64,000 bases of DNA, taken from contig OX597816.1 of the NCBI GenBank assembly GCA_951406725.2, positions 144,460,001 to 144,524,000 of the forward strand. Direction: 5' to 3'. Below the pieces are notes generated by a model, which saw only the letters and a list, made by a program, of their open reading frames with translations, was not told where the DNA came from and did not search any database. Position numbers and translations under genes: made by a program. Positions 53,407 to 64,000 of this stretch are shown here, piece by piece. Within the stretch, counting starts at the first letter, position 1, and every line of letters starts with the position of its first letter. This DNA comes from Octopus vulgaris. Taxonomy: Eukaryota.

Positions 53407-54070
53407 AACGACAAACAAGATGAGGACAAATATCTGTCAAATGTAAATGATGTAAGTAATGTAAATAATGCCAATATTGCTAATATCAATGAGTTATGGA
53501 ATATAAGAAATAGTAGAGTACCAGATTAAATGCCTTACAGTTTAAACCCCACAACACTTTATCTTCTTTCTTGAGCGTCAATAAAAGGACAGTACAGATA
53601 TGCATTAGAGCTGGGTAAAACCTCCAAATTTGTAGCCTTGTTCCAATGATAGAAATCAATATCAATCCTTTTGATTGTTTTGTACTACAGAACTAGAGGT
53701 TGTTTCAGATAGTTTACTGTTTTTATAGTGTTTATATTTAAATTAAAATGTGTCATAATTATATGTACAAAATTTTAGCTATGTTCCAAATGGCAACTTA
53801 ATAATGGAGTAGTTTGTTGTTTTATTAAAACCTTTGAAATTCATGATTTTTCAAAATTCATGGAAACACAATATTCAGATGAAAAATGGACATGAAAGAG
53901 TTAAGCTAGCAAAAGCTTAAACTGAAATTGAAATTTCAATGTTCTAACACAGAACAATCTTTTGATGGCCGAATCATCACCGCCATCAGATATCATCTGT
54001 TCTAAGCAGGTTGAATATCATGGGTTACTATCCTGATCTTTCTTTTGTTGTCCTTATATATTTATTATGT

Positions 54071-54320
54071 GGAGGCGTGTGGCTTAGTGGTTAGGGTGTC
54101 AGCACCATGATCGTAAGGTTGTGGTTTTGATTCCCGGACCGGGCGACGCATTGTGTTCTTGAGCAAAACACTTCATTTCACATTGCTCCAGTTCACTCAG
54201 CTGGCAAAAGTGAGTAAAGCTGCGATGGACTGGCGTCCTGTCCAGCTGGGGAACACATATGCCATAAAAACTGGGAAACCGGGCCCATGAGCCTGGCAAG
54301 GCTTTAAAAGGGCGCATTTA
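54071..54320 (+). mobile_element. tRNA-derived CORE-like SINE (head A + tail Y)
   Basis: tggcttagtgg A box, tgttcttgagcaaaacactt core, tail gctgcgatggactggcgtcc. Confidence 0.82.
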
Positions 54321-55458
54321 TTATTTTTTATATACATTTATTATATTTAACCTCTGTTCAACTTTTCATATTATCCCCTCTCCATTATTATTAAGTTATT
54401 CTTTCTTTCTCTCTACCAAATACTTATCAAATTTTAAAATGAATTTGAGCCAAAAGTTAATTTGACCAAAAGATAATTCGGTGAAAGTATTTAGTCTACA
54501 TTCTATGTAGATATCTTATATCAGTCCAAGATTCCACTCCCAACCAAATAAATGAATAAAGGTCAAACAATCTAGTTATACAAAAAAGAAATTGCTGACT
54601 TAACTCAGATTTAGTTTCTACTTAAACAATACTATGCCAAATTTTAACAACCTGACTTATCCACTGTTGGGGTTTAACCCAAATGTGAAATTGAGTATCC
54701 CCTCAGGAATGTAACTCAATTACACTGGTGGTATTTGATAACAAAAAAAAAAAATTAAATTAAAAAACAAAACAAAAGGGGGATATAGAAGGGAGGGAGA
54801 CTGGTAATATAAGGAGAAAGAGAGGTCACCTTACACCAAAATGTTCTTTTCTCTGCACTGCAGATATTTGTGACTACACAAATTTTGTCGATACAGTTCT
54901 ATAATCAGCCTAACCAACACACATACAAATAATTATTGATTTGGTCAGTGAAGTCTTGGTAAATTTCATTCAGCCAAGTTATGTCAAGATTGCACCATCA
55001 GTTGTTTAAGGTAGGCAACTTTCCAAAATAAAGTTCAACTGCAGTATTTTGAGCAATGCAGCTGATAATAACATCAATACAAGAATCTTGATGTTATATT
55101 CAAAGGAGGGGTAATGAGAGGGAAAACAAAGAGGAATGAAATGGATTAATACATATATTTAATTTTTTAATCTAGATGCAAGACTACAAATGTTTTAAGT
55201 GAGGGGATTGGCATTTACTTTGGTGGGATTTGAACATACATTACAAAGGAGCCTAATACTGCATAGCATTTTGCCAAAGTCTTCACCAATTCTGCTAATC
55301 CACTTCCAATGCTGTACTCTATTGATTTTTCACACTCTCTAACATCTGAGGATAAAGATATCATAGAAAATTACTATTCTCAGTACTTCACTGCAATTGG
55401 GAAAGACAAAAAGACATGTTTTTAAAAGAATTTGAAACCAGGATGTAAATACATGAAT

Positions 55459-55725
55459 GGAGGTGCAATGGCCCAGTGGTTAGGGCAGCGGACTTGCGGT
55501 CGGAGGAACGTGGTTTCGATTCCCAGACCGGACGTTGTGTGTGTTTAGTGAGTGAAAACACCTAAAAAGCTCCACGAGGCTCCGGCAGGGGTTGGTGGTG
55601 ACCCCTGTTGTACTCTTTCGCCACAACTTTCTCTCACTCTCTCTTCCTGTTTCTTGAGTAATGCTGCGATGGACTGACATCCCGTTCAGCTGGGGGAACA
55701 TATATGCCACATAAACCGGGCCATG
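55459..55725 (+). mobile_element. tRNA-derived SINE (head B + tail Y)
   Basis: ggaggtgcaatggcccagtgg...ggtttcgattccc; tail gctgcgatggactgacatcc. Confidence 0.82.
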
Positions 55726-56111
55726 TTATGTAAAGACATGAGACTGTAAAGACATGAAGCTGTAAAGCACCACTATTAGAATAAGTGATAGTTGTTCAGT
55801 CCCAGGTCAACCTTGACTGATCAGACTAATGATGAGAGAAATCTTATTCCTGATTATCCCATCTCTGTTGGAGTGTCTCAGACTGCTACACCTAATGCCA
55901 CTTGCAATTCTAAGGGTAAGGTGTAATTTGAGAAATTTAGCTAGTATTTTTATCAGATCGAGTGACTACTTAAGGGCTTCCCTGTTCACTTAAAGTAGTA
56001 ACCTTCAGAGGTTATAACAAAATGTCAGCTCTGTTACATTGCTGCAAAACATTCTTTGGAATCATGTGGTAATTTTTTAGAGTATTAACCCCATTTCAAG
56101 GGTGTATATCC

Positions 56112-56480
56112 TTTTATTCTTTTATTGGTTTTAGTCATTTTGATCAGGAACCATGCTAGGATACCGTAATATGGGTTTTAGTCGAGTAAACCGACCGTAG
56201 TACTTATTTTAAAGTCTGATACTTATTCTATAGGTTTTCCTTTTGCCGAACTGCTACGTTATCGGAATATAAACAAACCAACACTGGTTGTCAAGCAATG
56301 AGAGACAGTCGCAAACAAGCATATGTACACACGGCTTTCGTACATTTTTTGTTTACCAAATTCATTTACAATGCATTGGTCAGTTCTGGCCATTGTAGAA
56401 GACATAGGCTTAAGGAGCCGGACATTGGAACTGAAACCGAAACTATGTGATTGCAAAGTGAAATTTTTAACCACACAATC
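56112..56480 (-). mobile_element. Diverged copy of the microsatellite-containing SINE
   Basis: Homologous to the 19841 family. Confidence 0.7.
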
Positions 56481-58144
56481 ACAATTGCACGTATTTATAG
56501 TTACACTATGTTTAACCTCCGACAGTTGTATATACATTCCTCCATGCCGGATTCAAACACGTAACATTTCTACAGTCTAAATTTTTCCGAGACCGACTTT
56601 GCCTATCATCTCCGGTGTCGATAAAATAAGTACTTTGTTACGTACTTGTTACGTACTGGAGTTGATTTAATTATATAAGCGCGACACCTAAGTTTTTGAC
56701 CTTGTGCTTGTATCAAAATGTTTTTATAAACGAAAGGTAGTAAGATCTTATTCATCTAACCTGCCAGTATTAACGGCTTATTAGATAAACAGGCTAGTAC
56801 ACGTGTAAAGAATTACTGGGAAACAGTTATATCTCTTATCATGGCATTTTCTAAGCCCTGCTGAGAGTTGTAGGCGTTTGACACCAGAATAGCCTTGATT
56901 AACCAGTTATACTGAAAGCATTTCATCTATGATCATTCCGTCTTTCTGTAAGAACTACATGTCTTAAGAGTTGTCAGCGCTGAATTAATAATCAAGCAAA
57001 ATAAGCACGTGTTTAGGGCATCAAGGGAAAGGGAAGGGGCACCACAGAGATTATAAATGGTTTACGACACAGAAGAATTCACTTGCTCAATGAGGTTTCG
57101 AAGTGTTTAAACCGGCCATATCTGGCCCAAATATTCTATATGTTTTATATTCAAACTGGGAATATCTAGCCTCTCACACATAACCTACTTTGACATTCTA
57201 AAAATAAACAATCACATCATTGAAACCTCAATGCTATAAGATAATGCATGATTAATTCAAAACAATTTGAGTGGAAAAGTTTTACATTTAACAGAGTAAT
57301 CTGAACACTAAAGGGTTAAATGATCTGAGATGTAATTTCGAAGTGATTATGGTGTCATAGTGAAGATCTGATCAAAGACTTTGCAATTAAAAAACGAGAA
57401 AACTTTTCATATATAAAAAAAGTGGAAGTACACAAAAATAAACATTAATTTCTATCTTACTGTTAGTTTTGTTTCATTTTGAAAAATAAAAGTTTATTTT
57501 ATGGTTTATTATTGTTTATATTTTGAATTTCATATACATTGAGGCACCAAAATTGTTTACGTGTTTAGGGGTCTCAATCAGGCTCCGAGTGTCGTTCATG
57601 CATTAAAATAATGTTGGCGCTTCTTGTCTAATGTAATAATAATAATAATAATGAAATTATTGTAAAAAGCGCGTATAAAGTATATGCAGTAATGTACAAA
57701 TGTCTGGAAAGTGAACAGTATATGAGTCAGATACATGCTTGCGTGTGTATGGAGGGGAGAAAATCTTCAATTCACATTTAAAATGTTTTCTAGGAAAATT
57801 ACATCAACTCATTACTTGACTGAAACTTTATTTTATCGAAGAATGAAAAGCAATATTGACCTTGGTGGTATTAGAAATTAGAAATGTAACGGTTGGTAAC
57901 TAAATACGCATGCATTTTGAGCGACAATTCTAACAATTCTACCTTTCAAGGATCAGTTCGTGCTAAAGTGTCTGGATTGATTTTTTTTCGAGAGAGAGTG
58001 TGTGTGTGTGTGTGTGTGTGTGGTGACAACATCTACAACCTTTACCCTCTTTCTCAGATTAGTGAGGTTAGTATAGTTGAAAACAATGACCCAATTGTTG
58101 CTGCAGTCTCAGGTGCTGTATATAGCCAGGCAAAAGCTTTTTTT

Positions 58145-58525
58145 TTCTACTCTAGGCAAAAGGCCCTAAATTTTGAGGGAGGGGGGTCACTCGATTAGAT
58201 CAACTCCAGTATGCAACTGGTACTTATTCCTCGACCCCGAAAGGATAAAAGGCAAAGTCGACCTCGGGGGAATTTAAACTCAGAACATAAAGACAGACGA
58301 AATACCTATTTCTTTACTACCCACAAGGGGCTAAACATAGAGAGGACAAACGGATTAAGTCGATTATATCGACCCCAGTGCGTAACTGGTACTTATTTAA
58401 TCGACCCCGAAAGGATGAAAGGCAAAGTCGACCTCGGCGGAATTTGAACTCAGAACGTAGCGGCAGACGAAATACTGCTAAGCATTGCGCCCGGCGTGCT
58501 AACATTTCTGCCAGCTCGCCGCCTT
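58145..58525 (-). mobile_element. Nested or tandem pair of Nin/Deu-like SINEs with intact CpGs
   Basis: tcgaccccgaaaggat..aaggcaaagtcgacctcgg occurs twice. Another copy lies at about 61095-61308. Confidence 0.85.
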
Positions 58526-59129
58526 CCAGACAAACGCTTTTACATTCACTGTAAGCCATGTAAAGTGTATGACAATTGTTGTTATGTGACATAGTTGACC
58601 TTATGTAAAACGTGGGTACACTAGTTAACGAGGAATTTGGACGTAGTCCTTTGATATGTTAAAACAAAATAAACAGATCGTTCTCAAATTGCAACCCACC
58701 CGTATGAAATGTCGTTCTGAATATATGAGATGGTAAAAATGGAACGTTATTAACGCAGCTCTGATTGATAAGGATTGACATCTGACCTGAGATTAAAAAC
58801 AACAACAGCATACGTATGGATATAATTTATGCCTATAGATTACCACATTGGATAAAAAATTTAATTTAACTCGAATATATCAGCAACGCATCCTTTATCA
58901 CCTTTACCTCCCACTCGAAATTGGTGGATGGACTGGTGAATCACTAGACCTAATCGTGGCAGGATATACAGAACTCGTAAACACAAAACTTTGAACTGCT
59001 TGTCAGTTATCGAGTCCAGTTGTCTTCTGTTGTGAAAATACGGTTTAACACGATACTTTTACTGATTAAAGTTACTGTAGTAATTAACTATAGAATACCA
59101 ATTATGTTATAACTAATTGTTTATATGTT

Positions 59130-59620
59130 TAAAGACAGAAACCATCGTCTCTTGCCAAGAAGATCTTTTCTAACTTTGTAGCCCTTTATCTGCCACCAAT
59201 GAAGCAACTGAACCCTAATTAGCACTCCTGCTGATAAAACTATCACATTTGCTACAAACTCACTTTGAACACTTGAAACAAAAATCCTGTCTAGCTTATC
59301 TTATTGACTCCTACCTCTACGTGCAAAATACTGCCGAGTCTGCGAACTTCGCTGATCACTTCAGTCACCGAGGTGGCTGGTTCTGACGATGTTTCATCTG
59401 TCACCTGCTCTGTATACTCCAGAACTGGTTCTTGTCCTCACCAAATTCTTCAAATGTGACTTCTGCACGGGCATATACCGTCATCTTATGGAAACACGCG
59501 ACAGCGTGTATCCTTAAAAGAGGAAACTTCTCTTACGACACCAAACAAAAACCTGTTATCCAATATGTCGAATGTTATGGAAACAATTGCAGACAACTAC
59601 TTATTTGCAGGGCCTAGAAG
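59130..59620 (+). mobile_element. Degenerate CR1/L2/Jockey-group LINE fragment (pre-RT region)
   Basis: TPADK..FATNS and LWKHATACILKRGNFS resemble DKA..FA..F..NS and WK.A.V.PI.KKG. Confidence 0.45.
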
Positions 59621-60275
59621 AGGTGGAGGACAACAGGTACATTGTTTCAGGTTTCATCTGCTTTGATAATCGGCGGTGGCTTGGTTAGCGAATCCTTTGC
59701 GAAGGTCGACAATCGACGGCAAGATGAGCTGCTACGGATCACACTATCCCAAAGTGTATATGCAGGGATCACATGTGAACTTGCTTTCCGACTGAACTTT
59801 ACACCTCAACAACGAGTGACGACTATTGCTATGGCGGCCGCGCTATCCGATGCGCTTGCTCATCCAGTAGGGTATTTGTCAAATTTGCAAGCTAGAAATT
59901 TGGGCCGCAGACTGAAGCATTACATTACTTTGTCTGCTGGAACGTTATGGCCGACCGTCGGATGTGGTCAGCATTCGTGAGGAACATAGTGAACTCGTTG
60001 CTAGGAGTCAGCTCAGCCTACCCTGGGCGAATGCCACTGCAAGTACAAGTAAGTTTCAGATTTCGGAGACTCAAAGAGGAGCCTGTAACAATCTGGTGGG
60101 GCCCTAGCTAAAACCCAAACCTCGCAACCTCTTGAAGTTTGAGCGGACTCCTTCCTGGGGATTGAAACCAGTCACTGCAAGATATTTGTTCATCTCGCTA
60201 GTGATTCTATCAACCCCACTGCCTTAGAATGCGTGAAGACTGCAATAAATTTATTCAGGCTAAAGGTGTAGCAAA

Positions 60276-60941
60276 CAGTGGTGGCTCGTAGATAAAATTA
60301 GTAGGGATGCTGCTTCAGAAAATTTTTAGCCATTGTGTAAAAGGAAACAAATATATAAAAAGAAACGTTATACTTAAACTTGATCGGTTCGCGTTTTAGC
60401 CACTGCCGGGTCGTGTGTTTAATTTGTTCACTGAACACCGTTGCAAATTCCCCCTTGTTTTTCAAAAATCCCCCCTAAATCACAAAATAAGGGGTTGGGG
60501 TGGTGGAAATGTGCCTTATTTTTCAAATCCTGGCAGCAACACTGAATCTGGAAGGATCTACACTTTATCACATTCAAGAATATAAACACGTTTTTAAGCA
60601 CAACACACGCGGTGTCAAAAAGAAACACTACCTTTCACCCAGCACGGTCGTTCACGCAGTGCTCTCTCCCTCCCTTACGTGAAGCTTCCTATCTCGGATA
60701 CGTGAGCATGCGCACAACAGCCAAACATAGCATCATTGGAACTGTAAAGTGTATAGTTCTATGCAAGGATTTTTGTGTTTTTTTCATAAACTAGGGGATG
60801 GCTTCTGACATTGAGCTTAAGGATTATATAATGTACAAGTATAAAGACAGAATGAAAGAAAAAAAGGAGTCGTTATATTGAATGTTATAATATCGAGTGG
60901 AAATAGGGGGTGCTGCAATTCCTATACACGAACCGCCACTG
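60276..60941. mobile_element. Non-autonomous hAT-type DNA transposon
   Basis: TIR cagtggtggctcgt / acgaaccgccactg; 8-bp TSD gtagcaaa / gtagcaag. Confidence 0.85.
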
Positions 60942-61899
60942 GTAGCAAGAGAGTTGTGAAGGTCAGTCACTTCTTTCTCCAGGTGCTGTTCTCAAAATTT
61001 TCTCTAGCTTTTCAGATTTAATGAGAACCTTTATGTCACTAAGTCTGGCTCTATTACCCCAACTATATTCACAGCTGTAGATGAGTAATATATTGGTTTC
61101 AAATTTTGGCACAGCTCGAGCAAATACGGGGGAAGCATAAATCGATTATATCGACCCCAGTGCTAAACTGGTACTTATTTTATCGACCCCCAAAAGGATC
61201 AAACGTAAAGTGGGCCTCGGCAGAATTTGAAATCAGAACGTCAAGACGGACGAAATGTCACTAAGCATTTTCCCCGGCATGCTAACGATTCTGCCATCTC
61301 GCTGCCTTATAAGATGCCTAAGCTATTGATAGAATAATTAATTTACTTGTAATTAAAGAGAGAAATTTTATTACAAAGGATATTGAAACAAGTACATGCC
61401 ATCATAGATCGCAAAATGGCATTGAATGTTCCTTCGAAATTTAATATTTTCTTCTCAATAGAAGGAAGTTGTGAGTGTGAGTGTGCGTGTGTGTGTGTTT
61501 GTGAGTGTTGCATGCCATTATATTCATCCCCATTCATGATCACGTCTAGAAATAAAAGTAAATTCTGATTTCGATTTAAGACTGGTTTTACCAGTTGAAG
61601 CCAGATAAATTTTCAGAAAATATTTTTTAACATCCACCATATTATATATCACTTATGTAAATGTTTACGTACACGTGTGGCCACTATGTACGTCTCGATC
61701 ACTAACTGGCGAGATAAATGCATATGATGGTGCTCAACATTGAACAACAACAACTTCAAACTTCATTGCAACAGCATAATACATACATTACACACACACA
61801 AGTGGGTGTGTAGGCGTATGTGTGTGGGTGTATGTTTATTTTTGGGTTATTCACAGAAATTTTAGAACAAAAGGACTGGTTGAAATTTATTCTTTTCTC

Positions 61900-61939
<40 letters not shown>

Positions 61940-61949
61940 GATGTATTCT

Positions 61950-62335
61950 TTTTATTCGTTTTTTGGACTTGTTTCAGTCATTTGATTGCGGCCATGCTGG
62001 AGCACCGCCTAAAAAGTGTTAGTCGAAGAAATCTTCCCTCACGACTTAATCTTTGTAAGTCTAGTACTTATTCTATCGGTCTCTTTTGCTGAACCGTTAA
62101 GTTACGGGGACATAAACACACCAGCATCGGTTATCAATCGATGGCGGGGGACAAACAGACACGCACAAATATATTCATACACACACACACACACGACGGG
62201 ATTCTTCCAGTTTCAGTCTACCAAATCCACTCAAAAGGTTTTGGTTGGCCCGACACTTGCTCAAGGTGCCATGCAATGGGACTAGACCTGGAACTATGCG
62301 GTTAGTAAGCAAGCTTCTTTACCACACATCCACGC

Positions 62336-62340
<5 letters not shown>
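61950..62340 (-). mobile_element. Microsatellite-containing tRNA/CORE-like SINE (another partial copy at about 63275-63600)
   Basis: Homologous to the 19841 family; CpGs largely retained. Confidence 0.85.
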
Positions 62341-62410
<70 letters not shown>

Positions 62411-62679
62411 TTAATAAGGGTGAGAGAATTAGATACTAATTTAATAGTATATCCATTCAACACCAAGTGGCCTAGTGCTCCGAGAAACCTGGATTATTAT
62501 AATATTTTATAATATATTATAATATTTTTACAAAATAAATATAAGAGAGTGGTCACTATATGGCTCACTCTAGCACCAGTTAATCCAAAGGGTTTCAACC
62601 ACTAAAAATACATGTTTCCCATGAAAGTCAGTACGATTGTTAGCTCACACGGACAGGGCAAATAAAAAATAACAAAATA

Positions 62680-62775
62680 CAGATTATTTTGGGACAATTG
62701 TTTCGCTATTAATGAATTAAATGTAATTTTACTTACAAAAAAATCCACTTGTAGCTCATCGGCCAAAACTATCTG
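62680..62775 (-). ncRNA. Identical type I hammerhead ribozyme in the inverted arm
   Basis: Reverse complement of 63001-63096. Confidence 0.78.
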
Positions 62776-63000
62776 GATGAAATCCACTCAATCACACGCC
62801 AGATTTTACCATTCTCTCACCCTTATTAATTAATTATAATTATGCTGCATTTATTTCTGAATGCTGTATTTGTTTTCCGTGAAAGTTTTGGCGCGCTGTT
62901 AGTTGGGGCATTTGAATTATAACGTCGGATGTAATCAATTGAACCACACGCGTATTTATCGTTATGGTAAAATCTGGCGTGTGATTGAGTGGATTTCATC

Positions 63001-63096
63001 CAGATAGTTTTGGCCGATGAGCTACAAGTGGATTTTTTTGTAAGTAAAATTACATTTAATTCATTAATAGCGAAACAATTGTCCCAAAATAATCTG
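63001..63096 (+). ncRNA. Type I hammerhead ribozyme (CCGAUGA core variant); predicted cleavage after GUC at 63083
   Basis: Stem I CAGATAGTTTTGG/CCAAAATAATCTG, core CCGATGA, stem II GCTA...TAGC, GAAAC-AATT-GTC. Confidence 0.78.
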
Positions 63097-63232
63097 TATT
63101 TTGTTATTTTTTATTTGCCCTGTCCGTGTGAGCTAACAATCGTACTGACTTTCATGGGAAACATGTATTTTTAGTGGTTGAAACCTTTTGGATTAACTGG
63201 TGCTAGAGTGAGCCATATAGTGACCACTCTCT

Positions 63233-63271
<39 letters not shown>

Positions 63272-63556
63272 CCTTTTTTAATCCTTTTACTTGTTTCATT
63301 GTCTGGTTACGGCCATGTTGGAGCACCACCTTGAAGGGTTTTAGTCAAACACATCGACCCCAGGACTTATTTTTTAAAACCTAGTACCTATTCTATCGGT
63401 TGATTTTGCCGATCCGCTAGGTTACAGTGATGTAAACACACCAACCTCGGTTTTCAAGCGTTGATAGGACGACAAACACACACATATACGTATACATACA
63501 TACAAACACACACACATAGATACATACATACATATACATACATACATAAATACATA

Positions 63557-63622
<66 letters not shown>

Positions 63623-63626
<4 letters not shown>

Positions 63627-63850
63627 GTTGTTCGGAAAGTTCGTGCCGGTTTATAGTAGCTTACCTTTCGACTTATTTTAGAACATGTTTGAGTCCATGA
63701 AATAGGATTTGACTACACCTCCATTTAGAACAAAGTCTAAGCTATCGTTGATTTACTGAGCACATCGTTTTTTTTTAACCTGTGAATAGTTGTTTTGTTT
63801 GGTTTGCTTTTGTGAATAATACTTGTTAATTGCTGTTGTTGAACTTTGTC
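63623..63850 (+). mobile_element. Probable mariner-type terminal fragment
   Basis: TA followed by ttgggttgttcggaaagttcgtgccggttt, which resembles mariner TIRs; no partner TIR in the window. Confidence 0.45.
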
Positions 63851-64000
63851 TGTTTTGTGACAGACGAAAAAACTGTTGTTCCCCTCTGTAAAGGGGCGGT
63901 GGGGGGATAATTACATTTTGTATACACACAAAAATTTCTGTTTGAAATAAAAAATGATGAATAGTGAAGATTCGTCGTCTTCTAGTGTAACTATTGAAGA

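Larger units (their letters stand above)
52983..53420. mobile_element. Palindromic dimer of a tRNA-headed element with a hammerhead-bearing Penelope-like tail; RTE tail fragment (53061-53121) in the left arm
   Basis: Divergent A/B boxes around 53195; the arms are reverse complements; CTGATGA...GAAAC core in each arm. Confidence 0.8.
62407..63238. mobile_element. Penelope-like terminal structure: about 275-bp inverted repeats plus a short nested inverted repeat, within (TA)n
   Basis: 62538-62812 is the reverse complement of 62964-63238 (one mismatch seen). ttaattaataagggtgagagaat (from 62407) is inverted at about 62811-62833. Confidence 0.85.

Noticed and set aside
62602-63174. Two identical 61-aa ORFs on opposite strands
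   Set aside because: A consequence of the inverted repeat; GTG start, no protein motif, and the region is better explained as structured RNA.

Overview
This is AT-rich, repeat-dense animal genomic DNA. The SINE/RTE repertoire and microsatellite load point to an octopus (inference, not a database result). One protein-coding gene occupies most of the window: a minus-strand, four-CRD (quadruple) galectin. I reconstructed 13 exons by hand between 46833 and 5380. Twelve encode four carbohydrate-recognition domains (3 exons each, same phases), and one upstream exon carries an in-frame EPESKP repeat followed by MSYSHTDF. The product is about 542 aa from the ATG at 46702; the true first exon is not certain. 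Introns and flanks hold a young 5'-truncated RTE LINE with an intact RT plus PHD-like ORF, many RTE 3' fragments, a mariner nested in a HERO-like retroposon, piggyBac/hAT MITEs and several tRNA-derived SINE families. The most unusual signals are RNA structures. A near-perfect inverted Penelope-type repeat carries two type I hammerhead ribozymes (62.4-63.2 kb). A head-to-head tRNA-SINE dimer has arms ending in minimal hammerheads (53.0-53.4 kb), and further decayed hammerheads occur in introns. SINE heads and tails occur in all four combinations, and a CpG-decay boundary lies near 56 kb. Repeat boundaries were read by eye and are approximate unless stated.
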